Virus record (IMG/VR): IMGVR_UViG_3300042268_000564
Direction: 5' to 3' (one strand)
DNA from: a virus
Lineage: Duplodnaviria > Caudoviricetes
Length of the DNA stretch: 64,000 bases
Part shown: positions 1 to 10,248 of the stretch, piece after piece
Numbering within the stretch: position 1 is the first letter of the stretch
How the letters are laid out: every line of letters begins with the position of its first letter
Translations under genes and position numbers: made by a program
The notes under the pieces: model-generated
What the model saw: the letters and a program-made list of their open reading frames with translations, nothing else
Databases searched by the model: none
What the model was told of the DNA's origin: nothing

Positions 1-1
1 T

Positions 2-613
2 ATGAGTAAATTGGTCGACGTTTTTGTTCAGGCACTTATTAAGGGCTATGAGCAAAAAACCCATGATGTCATTTGGGATGGGATGGCTACAATCCAAAAA
101 GCCCGTGAAGATGCAAAAGAAAAAGTGCATACTTTGTTAAAATTTGCTGTAAAAAATTGGCGCAATTACAAAGCCAAGCGTGGCGACATGGCGAACTTTT
201 ATGCTCTTTGCTACTACAACTACAAACATGGATTAGAAGTCAAAGATGTTAATGAATACTCAATCAAAAAGCCTGAATACGCTGAGAAAGACCCTGAATT
301 TATGAAAACAGCGGAACCTAAGCCTGTAGAGCAAAAAGAATTTGTGTTCGACACTAAGGCTCAGGTTGAAAAGATTGCCAGCAATGGAAATGGCAAAAAG
401 AATCCATACTTCTTGCCAGAGAGTATGAAATTCATTGACCCTGCCGTAGTAGCCGATATCTTGCATAAGAGTGGCTGCAAATGGCAAGATTTTGACGGAC
501 GTATTGTATATTCTGCCACAGCCGAGCAACACGAACAGGTAAAAACATTGCTCAATAACCTGTTTACCGCAATTCTGGAAGGGCATACCAAAGTTGAAGG
601 TGTAACCTGCTAA
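2..613 (+). CDS. hypothetical protein (may be 5'-truncated by window edge)
   Basis: 203-aa ORF followed by a hairpin terminator; no recognisable motif. Confidence 0.6.
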   Translation: MSKLVDVFVQALIKGYEQKTHDVIWDGMATIQKAREDAKEKVHTLLKFAVKNWRNYKAKRGDMANFYALCYYNYKHGLEVKDVNEYSIKKPEYAEKDPEFMKTAEPKPVEQKEFVFDTKAQVEKIASNGNGKKNPYFLPESMKFIDPAVVADILHKSGCKWQDFDGRIVYSATAEQHEQVKTLLNNLFTAILEGHTKVEGVTC

Positions 614-628
614 TATAGAGTAGATAAG

Positions 629-661
629 AAAAAGGTGTGGTATTTTTACCACACCTTTTTT
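629..661. terminator. bidirectional intrinsic terminator containing the palindrome TGTGGTATTTTTACCACA
   Basis: AAAAAGGTGTGGTA-TTTT-TACCACACCTTTTT between convergent ORFs ending at 613 and 671. Confidence 0.75.
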
Positions 662-670
662 ATTTGTAAA

Positions 671-1090
671 TCATAGGAGATTCATTGACGCTTTGTCTGC
701 GGGAGTTTGTCTGAAAAGATATTTTTGTTGGAGGTACAAGATACAAGTTAAGAGTTTGTAGATTCTTTTGAGGATTTTGTGGTTCAATTTTGTTTCGTTA
801 TCTTCTGTGTTGCCGTTTCTTTCGATGATGTTTATCATTAGCCTAAGCTCATCTTCAGGGACGGTATGGAGATACGCTACGTGTTTAATGGTTCTGCAAT
901 GGATTTCTAATCTGTTGAGGTTGTTAGATGGTTTAACCTCATCACAGCAAGCTTGTTTTTCCAATTCATCAGGAAGCCACTGTCCGTTAAAAGTTAAGAT
1001 TCCTACGGGGTGAGCCATTCTCAACTTGCGTTGGATGTAGACCTGCGCTGCCAGTTGTAAATGTGTTGTGTCAAAAGAATGAAAGGGCAT
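671..1090 (-). CDS. phage hypothetical protein, Cys/His motif (HPxG...CC...HCRTxxHVA)
   Basis: 139-aa ORF abutting the upstream ORF; clustered C/H residues suggest metal binding. Confidence 0.55.
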   Translation of the reverse strand: MPFHSFDTTHLQLAAQVYIQRKLRMAHPVGILTFNGQWLPDELEKQACCDEVKPSNNLNRLEIHCRTIKHVAYLHTVPEDELRLMINIIERNGNTEDNETKLNHKILKRIYKLLTCILYLQQKYLFRQTPADKASMNLL

Positions 1091-1606
1091 TTATTTTTTT
1101 GCTTTGTAATTGTTCCAGTATTCTACCAAACGTGCGACAGACTTTTGAGCTTGCTCAACAATCTCATCCGTTAACGTTTCATTTGTATAACGATGGACGC
1201 CTGTGTCGCATCCCCCGCTACACCAAACATGATGTAAAGCATCAAGCTCAAGATTTTTTTTATGAAGAGCTTCTTGTTGGATTGTAATCTGATGTTTTTG
1301 TTCCGAGAGTTTATGTTCAAGTGCTTCTAGCCGACTCGAACATTCAGTTCGTGGCGCAGTCTTAAAAGACAGTTGAAGCAGCAGGGTCAATAATTTTTCA
1401 TTATCTTGGATAATAGTTAAGATTTGTTCCACACGATAAGGAACGGCGATACAGTCACCTTTAATGTCGGCTTCTGGATAATTTTTTATTAAATTTGTGA
1501 TATGCTCTCGCAGTTCGTTCTTGGTATTATGTTTCCAACATTCAAGAGCATCCTCGAATATAGTGCCATCTTTTGCTTTATACGCTTTTATTTCCTGCAT
1601 TTGCAA
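1091..1606 (-). CDS. hypothetical protein with coiled-coil
   Basis: 171-aa ORF in a co-oriented gene run. Confidence 0.55.
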   Translation of the reverse strand: MQMQEIKAYKAKDGTIFEDALECWKHNTKNELREHITNLIKNYPEADIKGDCIAVPYRVEQILTIIQDNEKLLTLLLQLSFKTAPRTECSSRLEALEHKLSEQKHQITIQQEALHKKNLELDALHHVWCSGGCDTGVHRYTNETLTDEIVEQAQKSVARLVEYWNNYKAKK

Positions 1607-2336
1607 CCTCTTTAAAATAATAAAAAGCAGCTATCATCATTTGTGGCAAAATTTTATGGTCATTGAATCCATAAAGTCCACATGATACCAACGGGTGAAC
1701 CTCAATTACAAATGTTCCCTGTTTGTTTATCCCTACATCGAGTGTATATGCTGGCGGACAATCGTTGTAAGTGTCGACCATCTGCTGTATCAGGGGAACG
1801 TCGGGGAATAAAGTAAATTCTCCAAGATAGTGTTGCAGCCCGACCAGTTTTTTGTGCCAGACAAAAGCTCGCCATTCACTATCTATCTCAATTTCTTCAG
1901 ATATGAAGTAAAGGTCTGCTGGAATTTTTGTATTACTTGATGTTACATCAGTAAATTTTTTGTAAGCTGACGCAGATTTGATAAATAGTTTTGCTGGAGC
2001 TGGTGATTCCTCTGGAATCGACATAAATCCCACTTTGCGTTTAAGAAAAGTTTCTGTTTTAAGCTCTGTGGGAATGTTAATAGGCTTCGGTGGTGGTAAG
2101 TGTAGAATCTTGTCCATAAATTCAAACACAAATTCTAAAGTGCCTACGGGGGTATAATTTCCCCAATCATCTATAGGATGAAGTTCGGGCATATCTTTTA
2201 TTTGATTTAATTCACATTGCTGGTAAGAAAATTTAGGAATGCCAGCATACCAATTCTGATAATTAATTGATTCTATCAAATCAAAGGCGAAGTCGTGAAC
2301 AATACGATTGCCTACGGTTTGGATTAAAAATGTCAT
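1578..2336 (-). CDS. ATP-grasp domain protein (DUF4343/R2K-like)
   Basis: motifs LFIKS, SEWRAFV, AYTLDVG, FVIEVH, SCGLYG. Confidence 0.75.
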   Translation of the reverse strand: MTFLIQTVGNRIVHDFAFDLIESINYQNWYAGIPKFSYQQCELNQIKDMPELHPIDDWGNYTPVGTLEFVFEFMDKILHLPPPKPINIPTELKTETFLKRKVGFMSIPEESPAPAKLFIKSASAYKKFTDVTSSNTKIPADLYFISEEIEIDSEWRAFVWHKKLVGLQHYLGEFTLFPDVPLIQQMVDTYNDCPPAYTLDVGINKQGTFVIEVHPLVSCGLYGFNDHKILPQMMIAAFYYFKEVANAGNKSV

Positions 2337-3560
2337 TCTGCAAATACCTTTTCGTATTCAGCCTCCATTTTTTTAGGGCTTGGAAGCGATTTTTTGGGCA
2401 CTACAGGATGTTTCTTTGCATCTTTGATGATTGTATTCATTAATGCAACAAAATCATCGACAGAGGCTGCATTTATTTGAGCGTCCTGATAAAGCCAAAT
2501 TGTAGGTTTACGTTTTCCTATTTGTTTCCAGAACACTTCTTTCAAGGTGAGGTATTCATTGCCATCAGCATCAAAATCTTGAACAAGCTGGTAATACCAC
2601 CAGCGTTTTATGTTTTTACTCATGATATGTTATCCAGTGTGTCTTCCGCATCTTTTTGATTGTCTACAGTTTTCATGTTGCCGTCGCATATAACTTCGAT
2701 AGCGAGTCTTACATCATTTTCACCGAAGACGCTTATGAGCTTATCGTAAAGCTTCATACAGGTTTCTTTTGTCATTGGCTTTTTTCCTGTTAATTGAACA
2801 ATGTTGCTCATGCAGCTTTTTCTCCTGACTGCGGTGTTTTATTTTCTGTAATTATACCTGCTGCTTTTGGCAGTTTTTTAAGGAACCTGAACACGAAACG
2901 TCTGGCAGGTACAAAAAAGCATTTAAGTAATTTGTCTGCTGATGTTGGGAAACGATAAGCCTCTTTGAATTCGGTCTTAAACACATTTACGTCATTCTCG
3001 AATTCTTTTTTAGAGGATGGTTTGTGACTCATTACAAGAATATTCTGCCCAATCTGCTTGTTTCTACAGTAAGCAACGGCTACCAAGTAAACGGTTTCAC
3101 CCTGCTGGACTAATTGATAGGCATCTTGTTTTTTCATAACTGGCTCCTTTTACATTTATTATAAATGTGAGCCAAGGCATGTCAAGTTATTTCTTCTAAT
3201 CTAAGAAAACAGACCAAGCAAAATGCAAACTTAGCTTCAAGAGGTTTAATATAAAATGTGCCAGCATCTTGTTGCCCACAACAATCACACTTTAATGAAT
3301 CAGACTTTTTTGCCAATAAGAAACATGCGCGGCATACAGTGTAACCGTCGTAACATAAAATCTGTTTATTCTGGCAGCAAGTCTTCGTCATAATCTACAG
3401 GCATTAACTCATTCTTTTCAAGCCAGAGTTTTAATCTGGCGGGTGTGTCTTTACCTTCCTTTACAAGCCTTACAAGGTAGGGTGGGATTTCATTAGGCAT
3501 TATCATCATTTCTACAATTTCTACAATGTGTCCATCTTTTGTTTGATAATATTTTGGCAA
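2333..3560 (-). CDS. run of small hypothetical ORFs (2333-2623, 2620-2811, 2808-3137, 3182-3391 with CxxC pairs, 3366-3560)
   Basis: overlapping start/stop junctions typical of translational coupling. Confidence 0.55.
3158..3185 (-). promoter_or_regulatory. TTGACA-N16-TATAAT promoter
   Basis: perfect hexamers, 16-nt spacer; TGA of the -35 box is the stop of ORF 3182-3391; AAGGAG RBS downstream. Confidence 0.8.
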
Positions 3561-3600
3561 AGCAAGGTCGCTCCATTCTGTAGCTATTCTATGTAATACT

Positions 3601-3966
3601 TTAACGTATTTTGATTGTTGCCTCCGGGTCAGCAGCCATCACGATTTTTGCCAACGCCAAAAGATTAACAAGGGCAAGCCTTGCGTTGCCTTCTGTGCCG
3701 TCCCAGTAATTATCTGTCTCGGTTTCAGGTGATAGCTTATTGATGGCTGTTTCTAAAATGGTAATAATTTGTTCAAGTGATTTTCCCTGTAGGGAATAAA
3801 TACCATTCGGCATTATCTTGTAATAATGAGAGCTGTAATTGTAGGTAATATTCAGCCAAGCTTCATCAGTGCCGCCAAGTGCACAAATGCCGCCACTGAG
3901 TTCGTGTTTTTGCCCTAATATTACGGGGCCGCCACTTTTCTTGTCGAAAGACACATCATAACTCAT
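3601..3966 (-). CDS. phage hypothetical protein (NITYN ... YWxxTEGNA)
   Basis: 121-aa ORF with GAGGTG RBS and its own promoter at 3984-4011. Confidence 0.65.
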   Translation of the reverse strand: MSYDVSFDKKSGGPVILGQKHELSGGICALGGTDEAWLNITYNYSSHYYKIMPNGIYSLQGKSLEQIITILETAINKLSPETETDNYWDGTEGNARLALVNLLALAKIVMAADPEATIKIR

Positions 3967-3983
3967 AATTTCACCTCAAGCTC

Positions 3984-4011
3984 ATTATAAAATTTAAGGC
4001 TTGAATGTCAA
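3984..4011 (-). promoter_or_regulatory. TTGACA-N16-TATAAT promoter
   Basis: perfect hexamers, 16-nt spacer. Confidence 0.8.
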
Positions 4012-4039
4012 TTACAAAATTTCTGAAATAAATAACATG

Positions 4040-4228
4040 TCACAATCCAACTTTAAGAACAAAGGAACATTTCTTAGTATCAACTTTGTTGAACATCTTC
4101 TTAGCCATACTGTAATATTCAGCCTGAAACGCTGCAATTTCAACCATCTGTTCTTTGGGAGTAAGAGTAGAAAGCTCTTTTACCACCTGAAGTTTGTTGT
4201 TATAGCTTGCAGTTACAGTTGCGTTCAT
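4040..4228 (-). CDS. small hypothetical protein
   Basis: AAGGAG RBS; promoter at 4269-4296. Confidence 0.6.
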   Translation of the reverse strand: MNATVTASYNNKLQVVKELSTLTPKEQMVEIAAFQAEYYSMAKKMFNKVDTKKCSFVLKVGL

Positions 4229-4268
4229 GTTTGACTCCTTTGTTTTTTCTTATATTTCTTATACTTTA

Positions 4269-4296
4269 ATTATAACAAAATACAAAAAAGTGTCAA
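4269..4296 (-). promoter_or_regulatory. TTGACA-N16-TATAAT promoter
   Basis: perfect hexamers, 16-nt spacer. Confidence 0.8.
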
Positions 4297-4343
4297 GCGA
4301 TTTAAGAAAAAAATATGGTAGATTTCTCTACCATATTCAGGAT

Positions 4344-4595
4344 TTATATTTTTCTTATGTTGATAATCACGCCGTTTTTTTGAGGATAAAACTCAACCAG
4401 AACCTCATCGTCAACTTTTGGGACAAAGTTTAACTGTTGTATCAGCTTTTTGACGAGCGTGGGTTTCCCGTTCAGGTCGAAAGTTACCTCAATTTGCATC
4501 CTTGACTGTAGGTCAGGGTAAATGCCAGTAATTTTGCCCTTATATCTTTTGGGTTGAATCTTGCTTTTGTCTATATTTTTACGCCAATATGTCAT
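4344..4595 (-). CDS. small beta-rich protein, possibly OB-fold; last gene of the FN3 operon
   Basis: ATGA overlap with the 267-aa FN3 gene; GKITGI...PKVDDEVLVEF pattern. Confidence 0.5.
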   Translation of the reverse strand: MTYWRKNIDKSKIQPKRYKGKITGIYPDLQSRMQIEVTFDLNGKPTLVKKLIQQLNFVPKVDDEVLVEFYPQKNGVIINIRKI

Positions 4596-5395
4596 TGTTC
4601 TTCCTGCGTCCAAGTAATGGTCATGTCGTGAGTTTCTTGGTCGACCACAAGGTCAATGTCGGCAGGAGCTGGCAGAACAGTTTGACCGCCAGCAGATGCG
4701 CTAAAGCTTACGTTTCCCGGAATCTTTAATGGTGTCGAGTCACCTCTTGCATCAGTAGCCTGTATCGCAAACCAATAAGTTGTGTCTGCGAGCAGATTGT
4801 AAAGCGTAAGAGATGTTTCAGTTTCAGCAACAATTACAGGTGAATTGGCAGGTATTAACCCATCGGCATCAAGAGTTAAGCCTGTGCCGTTATAATCGCT
4901 ATGGTAATCCATTTTATATAAAACCTTGTAACCAGTTGCGCCAATTACAGATGCCCATGTAAGCGTAATGCTGTTGTCTATATTGCGGATAATGTCTGCA
5001 TTTGCAGGTTGGTTGATTAAATTTAAAGTTGTAAAATTTTGAGACTCGACCGAAATGGTACCATTGCCAGTAACCGACCAAGAATATGTTGTATCTGAAT
5101 CGAGATATTGGTTCAACGTGGCACTTGTTACATCTGTAACGTTTTGTTGAATGTTGTTTATGCCATCCGTAACAGATAACAGGTAATTATTATCAAATGT
5201 CTTTACATCAAACCTGTTCGGGAATGTGTATGTGTCTGGCTGGTCGTTTATAACAGTTTTAATTCGCCAGTAATAAGTCCCTGATGGCAACGTAACGTTA
5301 ATTGCAGACAGAGAAATTGAATTTCCTGTTACAGCTATAGAGTGCAAAACGGTTGAAAAAATCTGATTGTCTGAAATTTGCAAATAATTTAGCAT
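4592..5395 (-). CDS. FN3/Ig-like protein: two N-terminal domains lacking strands A-B, one complete FN3, C-terminal A-B-only fragment
   Basis: YLQIS...GTYYWRI; YLLSV...TTYSWSV; SITLTW..GYKVLY..TTYWFAIQAT; ends PAPADIDLV..DMTITW; own RBS GAGGAAAGGA. Confidence 0.75.
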   Translation of the reverse strand: MLNYLQISDNQIFSTVLHSIAVTGNSISLSAINVTLPSGTYYWRIKTVINDQPDTYTFPNRFDVKTFDNNYLLSVTDGINNIQQNVTDVTSATLNQYLDSDTTYSWSVTGNGTISVESQNFTTLNLINQPANADIIRNIDNSITLTWASVIGATGYKVLYKMDYHSDYNGTGLTLDADGLIPANSPVIVAETETSLTLYNLLADTTYWFAIQATDARGDSTPLKIPGNVSFSASAGGQTVLPAPADIDLVVDQETHDMTITWTQEEQ

Positions 5396-5410
5396 AAGAA
5401 TCCTTTCCTC

Positions 5411-8400
5411 TTAAGGCACTGTCACAGTAACAGTAACAGGCTCTGAGTTAGCATATGTAATGCCATTTGTTAGTTCATATCTGTTTTTAACGACAATGTT
5501 ATATGTTAATACTGTGCCCGATGCTTGACCTAAAATCGCATCCGTATGACTAAATGTTGTTGCAGATTTGTCAGCCATAATATCAAGTCCTGTTTCAGCG
5601 CAAGTGATATGGTAAGCATAATGCAATTCCAAGCCATTAATAACATACTTAAGATGAAACCAGTTCAAATCAACGTTGTTCCCGTTAAGAGAAGCATTAA
5701 ATGAAGAAACAGGGTTTATTTGCGTATACATTCTTTCTGGCACAGGATAGCTACTGGCAGGGTCGTAATAGTAAGACAGCCCTGTGGATGATGTTTTTGG
5801 CTTGACAAGGATGTCAAATTCTAACCCGTCAGTTATAGATAGATTGGTAAATTGATAAACATCTGGAGTAGTGGCGATGTTTGTAGCTTGCACTACACCG
5901 CCAACTAATGCTTCTACTGTATAATCAGTTGCGCTCGGTGAAGATGTCCAGCTAATATTTAAAGTTTCAACATCGCTGCTAACATGTTGTAGTTGTAAGT
6001 TTTTAGGTGCAGTATAAGCTGTTATTGGGGCACTAGCCACAGACAGATATGGGTTGCCTTGCTTTTGAATTTGTGCAGTGATTGAAAAGGTTTCGCCAGT
6101 AGAGTTTTCTGGCGAAATAAAGCTGGAAATATTCTCTGCATAACTTGTAGCTGGCAAAGAAGAGGTTGTTTCTTCCATAGTAGATAAATTCACGAGGTGT
6201 AATTGTAACAAATCGCCAGATTCATAATTACTGCCATCCCAGCCCACACGAATTGTGTCAGTCTGAATTGAGCCAGTTTGTGAGAGTCCAGTGATGGTTG
6301 CAGGTGCGAGTTGTAATGCTACAGTTGGATGCCCTGATGTCATTGTTGCGCCATCACCATTATAAGATTCGACTTTAGCAAATAAATTAACAGCAGCAAC
6401 AAGCCCCGTTATTTCATATTGAGTGTCGACTGTTTCACCTGCTAATGTCCAAGTAGAGCCGTCGCCATAATAAACTTTGTATAATGTTGCGCCGCTGGAA
6501 GCAGACCATTCGATTGAAGCACTCGTTTCAGATGCATCAAGCTGTAAAAGATTGGTTACAGGCAATACTAATGGCAATAATGTAGTAATGGAGAGCGTAT
6601 TTGATGGAGTAGACCTTGTATTTATATCATTGTTGTTTTCTTTATATACAAGGAATGAAAAATCTTGCGCACATGCCAAAGTTAACGTTTTTTGTGTGCC
6701 TTCATAAACATTATGAATTTCATCAGTCGTCAAATTATGGAGATAGTAATAACCGACCACACCCTCAGACGAGAGCCATGTTAATGTAACCTCGCAATTT
6801 AATTCATCAATAGTCTGTTGTGACAGCAATGTCAAGGCGGTAGGTGCAGCGCATAATGTATTTGCCACTAAAGATGTTTCCGCTGAGACAAGGCTTTTTC
6901 TCTCTGATGTTATATAGCAATTAAAATACTGCCCCGCATCTATTGCAGCTAAGGTTATTATTGCTGAATTTGTGCCAGCAGGATAATTTTGGTCAAATTC
7001 AATCACGCTACTGCCTTGTTTTGTAGCCCAGACTCTATATGACTCTGCGTTAGACGATTCAACCCATCCCACCTCAATTGATGTTTCAGTTTTTGATAAT
7101 ATTGTGAAATCTGTTATAAGTTCAGGTGGGACACTTGCAGTTGTTACATTCAAAATGGGTGTTTTTTCAGAGGGCTGGATAGCATTGGCTGAACTTGGAT
7201 TGCTTGCGAGTGAATACATTTGCCAATCATAATTCGTCTCAGGAGTTAAATTGGGCACAGTAAAGTGGTATTCCGACGAGGAGATTACGAGTATTCCTCC
7301 ATAATCATCAGTATTTAAAGATATGTTCCCATCCGCAGTCTCGAAAACATACCCGTAAGCATCAGCATTTGAATAAGAGCCTGTATATGACATAGGTGTC
7401 CACGCAAAAGTAATTGACTCAGTCGTTGTAGATGAAACTATTAGGTCGTTGATTGGCGGAATGGCGGTAGTAACCCATATGTCTACAGGTTCGGAATATG
7501 TCCCATTTTTTATGGAGGTTATTGTATAGTGATAATTTCCATATGTTAAGCCCGTATGGATGTAATTTGTGTCTGTCGGGAGAGGTGTAAATGTTGCATT
7601 GGACGTCATATTAGTTTCAACAATGTGAAAGCCATCAACATCTGTTTCAGCATCCCATGTTAGCTCTATAGATGATGCAGTGACTTCGCCAAAGCTTACG
7701 TTCTGAACTGGAGCTGGCAACGTCGTTATCTGCAATGGTGCCGAAGGAACGGATTCTATGCCATATTTTATAGCTACAAGATAAAGATTATAATTGGTAT
7801 AAGACGTAAGCCCTGTTATTGTTCGAGAAATAGTTGTTGGAAAAGAAGTTGGCTGGTCAAAAAATTCATTTACGAGTCCTGTATCGTCATATATTCTATA
7901 GCCTTCTACCGCTGCAATTGCATCAAAAGAAACTGTTGCAGTAGTTGATGTCAATCCTTGTACAGATGGCGACACTAGCGCAGTGGTTTGTGTTGCGGTT
8001 TTAAACACTACAGCCTCTTGTTCTACACCGTCTTTTATCCCTGCGAGATACAGTATATATTGTGCCCCCACAAACAACCCTGTTAGCTCTAATGTAGTCG
8101 AACCGGACGGCAACGTCTCGTTAATATTACTTCCACCTGAGATACAATTACCCCATATATGATAGCCATTATTACAGCAGCCGTTATGGTTCCAATTTAA
8201 AGTGAAACTGGTTGTCGTTACATTAGTAGCGTTAATCCCTGTGACTAGCGTTGAGGCCAAAGTTTGCACAGTTACTTCACTAGTTGCTGATTCTACGCCG
8301 AGAGAATCTATTGCCGACACGCCAAGTGTGTGCGATGAACATGGTGTTAATGTGGTAAATGAATATTTCGACAATAGATTGGATACATTCTCTACCAGCA

Positions 8401-8593
8401 CAGAATCTTTGTAAATATTGTAACTGACAGCATATGGGTCAGGTTGCCACATCAAATCGCAACTTTCTGCCTGCAAGTTTAGAATTTTAAGAGTGGGCGG
8501 CGACTCTGTTGAGACGACCCACTTAAAAGTTAAATCTTCAAAATTATCTGTTGAATTATGCGCTGGGCTAACAAGTGTTATTTGTCTTGTCAT
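5411..8593 (-). CDS. large multi-fibronectin type III repeat protein (probable virion fibre/decoration)
   Basis: about ten S/T-rich repeats with LxW...Y.IY...GL...Y pattern over 1060 aa. Confidence 0.85.
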   Translation of the reverse strand: MTRQITLVSPAHNSTDNFEDLTFKWVVSTESPPTLKILNLQAESCDLMWQPDPYAVSYNIYKDSVLVENVSNLLSKYSFTTLTPCSSHTLGVSAIDSLGVESATSEVTVQTLASTLVTGINATNVTTTSFTLNWNHNGCCNNGYHIWGNCISGGSNINETLPSGSTTLELTGLFVGAQYILYLAGIKDGVEQEAVVFKTATQTTALVSPSVQGLTSTTATVSFDAIAAVEGYRIYDDTGLVNEFFDQPTSFPTTISRTITGLTSYTNYNLYLVAIKYGIESVPSAPLQITTLPAPVQNVSFGEVTASSIELTWDAETDVDGFHIVETNMTSNATFTPLPTDTNYIHTGLTYGNYHYTITSIKNGTYSEPVDIWVTTAIPPINDLIVSSTTTESITFAWTPMSYTGSYSNADAYGYVFETADGNISLNTDDYGGILVISSSEYHFTVPNLTPETNYDWQMYSLASNPSSANAIQPSEKTPILNVTTASVPPELITDFTILSKTETSIEVGWVESSNAESYRVWATKQGSSVIEFDQNYPAGTNSAIITLAAIDAGQYFNCYITSERKSLVSAETSLVANTLCAAPTALTLLSQQTIDELNCEVTLTWLSSEGVVGYYYLHNLTTDEIHNVYEGTQKTLTLACAQDFSFLVYKENNNDINTRSTPSNTLSITTLLPLVLPVTNLLQLDASETSASIEWSASSGATLYKVYYGDGSTWTLAGETVDTQYEITGLVAAVNLFAKVESYNGDGATMTSGHPTVALQLAPATITGLSQTGSIQTDTIRVGWDGSNYESGDLLQLHLVNLSTMEETTSSLPATSYAENISSFISPENSTGETFSITAQIQKQGNPYLSVASAPITAYTAPKNLQLQHVSSDVETLNISWTSSPSATDYTVEALVGGVVQATNIATTPDVYQFTNLSITDGLEFDILVKPKTSSTGLSYYYDPASSYPVPERMYTQINPVSSFNASLNGNNVDLNWFHLKYVINGLELHYAYHITCAETGLDIMADKSATTFSHTDAILGQASGTVLTYNIVVKNRYELTNGITYANSEPVTVTVTVP

Positions 8594-8611
8594 GTTTTAT
8601 ACTCCTCTGCT

Positions 8612-9943
8612 TCAAGCTGCTGGCGTCGTGACAGTGATTAACAAATCGATACCAACCCAATTACTGTTTTCATCTTTCGCTTTAATGGTTATGTAATTAT
8701 TCGTTTCAGGCTGGCTTGTAACATCCCAATATAGATTCGGGGGGAAAACTGTTTGTGATAAAATAACCCCATTATTTAACACGGTGTATGAGACGCCATC
8801 ATTGAACGGAAGCCAATTCACTGTGAAGGAGGTTGGCGTGAGATTAGTTACCCAAATTTGCGCAAGCGTTGTTGCGTCAATCGTTTCAATGCTGGTGTAG
8901 CTGGTTGCAAGATGCCCTCGCACGCCTAACGTGTAAGCGGTATCAAAATTCAAGCCTGTAAAAATATAAGACGTGGATGTTGTAGCAGCTATGGGTGTCC
9001 CGTTTAAATACACTGTATAGTTATCTGCACCGATATCAAACCATGTCATCGTAATGCTTTCCCCTTGCACGTCGGCAAGTTGTGGATTAAGCGCAGGAGG
9101 GTTCCATGATGAAGTTGTAACGATAATAGATGCTGGCGACGTTTCAACAGTGCCAGTCGGCGTGTCGCTTATCGCCACCAGTTTAAAAGAAAAAGTCGTG
9201 TCGGGGCTTACATCTGTAAAAACTTTATTGCCGATACCAATAACAAAAGTTTCTTCATATGACGACAAAGTGTCCCACAAGCGATAAGACTCTGCCCCCG
9301 AGGATTCAAACCATTGCAAAGTAAAGCCTGATTCTGTTATGGCAGAGGCTGTGAAGTTCGTAATGTCGTCGGGTGGGGAATTAACTGTTATTGTAGTCAC
9401 GGGGGTTAATTCGCCATCGACAAGAGCCGTCAAAGAAAAATCATTGTTGCTGCCAGCGGGGATTGCTATTGTAGCTTGTGTGATGTCTGCTGTAAAAGTC
9501 GAATCATATCCTAATGAATCCGCCCACACACGGTAACTTGTAGCGGATGGTATCGGCAGCCAAGACAATATTACCTCGGTAGAGGACAACATGTTAATAT
9601 CCGCAGTAACAGATGTGATTATATTAGGGATAAAACTTATGCTTGATTCACCATTGACGTTAACCGATGACACACCTAAGTTTTGATAAGAATTGGGAGC
9701 CAAATTCGCGATGTCAAAATAATTAACGATTGTATTGCCGATATTAATTTCATCTACGTATATATTGTAACTGGTTGAGTCTGGAACATGGTTCCATTGC
9801 AATGTAGCAGATGTTGCGCTATTGATTGATGATACCACTAAATTAGTCGGCGCTGACGGCGAAAGCCCCCATAAAAAGCTAGGCTTTATCGGAATGTCGA
9901 CATCATCTTGCGCTGGCGATATTAATTTAATTTTGCGAGACAT
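8612..9943 (-). CDS. multi-fibronectin type III repeat protein
   Basis: about five FN3 repeats (ATLQW..SYNIY; FTLQW..SYRLW; ITMTW..YTVY..GLNFDTAY); AGGAGAG RBS. Confidence 0.85.
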   Translation of the reverse strand: MSRKIKLISPAQDDVDIPIKPSFLWGLSPSAPTNLVVSSINSATSATLQWNHVPDSTSYNIYVDEINIGNTIVNYFDIANLAPNSYQNLGVSSVNVNGESSISFIPNIITSVTADINMLSSTEVILSWLPIPSATSYRVWADSLGYDSTFTADITQATIAIPAGSNNDFSLTALVDGELTPVTTITVNSPPDDITNFTASAITESGFTLQWFESSGAESYRLWDTLSSYEETFVIGIGNKVFTDVSPDTTFSFKLVAISDTPTGTVETSPASIIVTTSSWNPPALNPQLADVQGESITMTWFDIGADNYTVYLNGTPIAATTSTSYIFTGLNFDTAYTLGVRGHLATSYTSIETIDATTLAQIWVTNLTPTSFTVNWLPFNDGVSYTVLNNGVILSQTVFPPNLYWDVTSQPETNNYITIKAKDENSNWVGIDLLITVTTPAA

Positions 9944-10057
9944 ATATCTCTCCTTCGATGAGTTCTAAGAATACTTTAATTTATAATATGCTTGAAAATG
10001 AAAAGCCTTGCCAACAGGCAAGGCAAAAAGAAGAATAAAAAAATACCTTATTACACG

Positions 10058-10234
10058 CTACCGGAAATGTGAAAAAAAATAAGACACTACATTAACGTAA
10101 ATGAGACCGAAACAAATTATTAACAACTTAACTCTAATTCTAATCGTCAAGCCGTCAATAATTATAAAAAATATGGCTTGGCAGGCTAAAGTCAATATAA
10201 CGCCCACAATGAGAACACCTATAAAGGCAGCCAT
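10058..10234 (-). CDS. small two-helix membrane protein (58 aa; absent from ORF track)
   Basis: hand translation MAAFIGVLIVGVILTLACQAIFFIIIDGLTIRIRVKLLIICFGLIYVNVVSYFFSHFR; GAGG RBS. Confidence 0.55.
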   Translation of the reverse strand: MAAFIGVLIVGVILTLACQAIFFIIIDGLTIRIRVKLLIICFGLIYVNVVSYFFSHFR

Positions 10235-10248
10235 TTATTTTCCTCAAT

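Noticed and set aside
4592-9943. single FN3 gene broken by sequencing errors
   Set aside because: Each ORF has its own RBS and ATG after a 15-18 nt spacer, and the two long ORFs end on complete final strands
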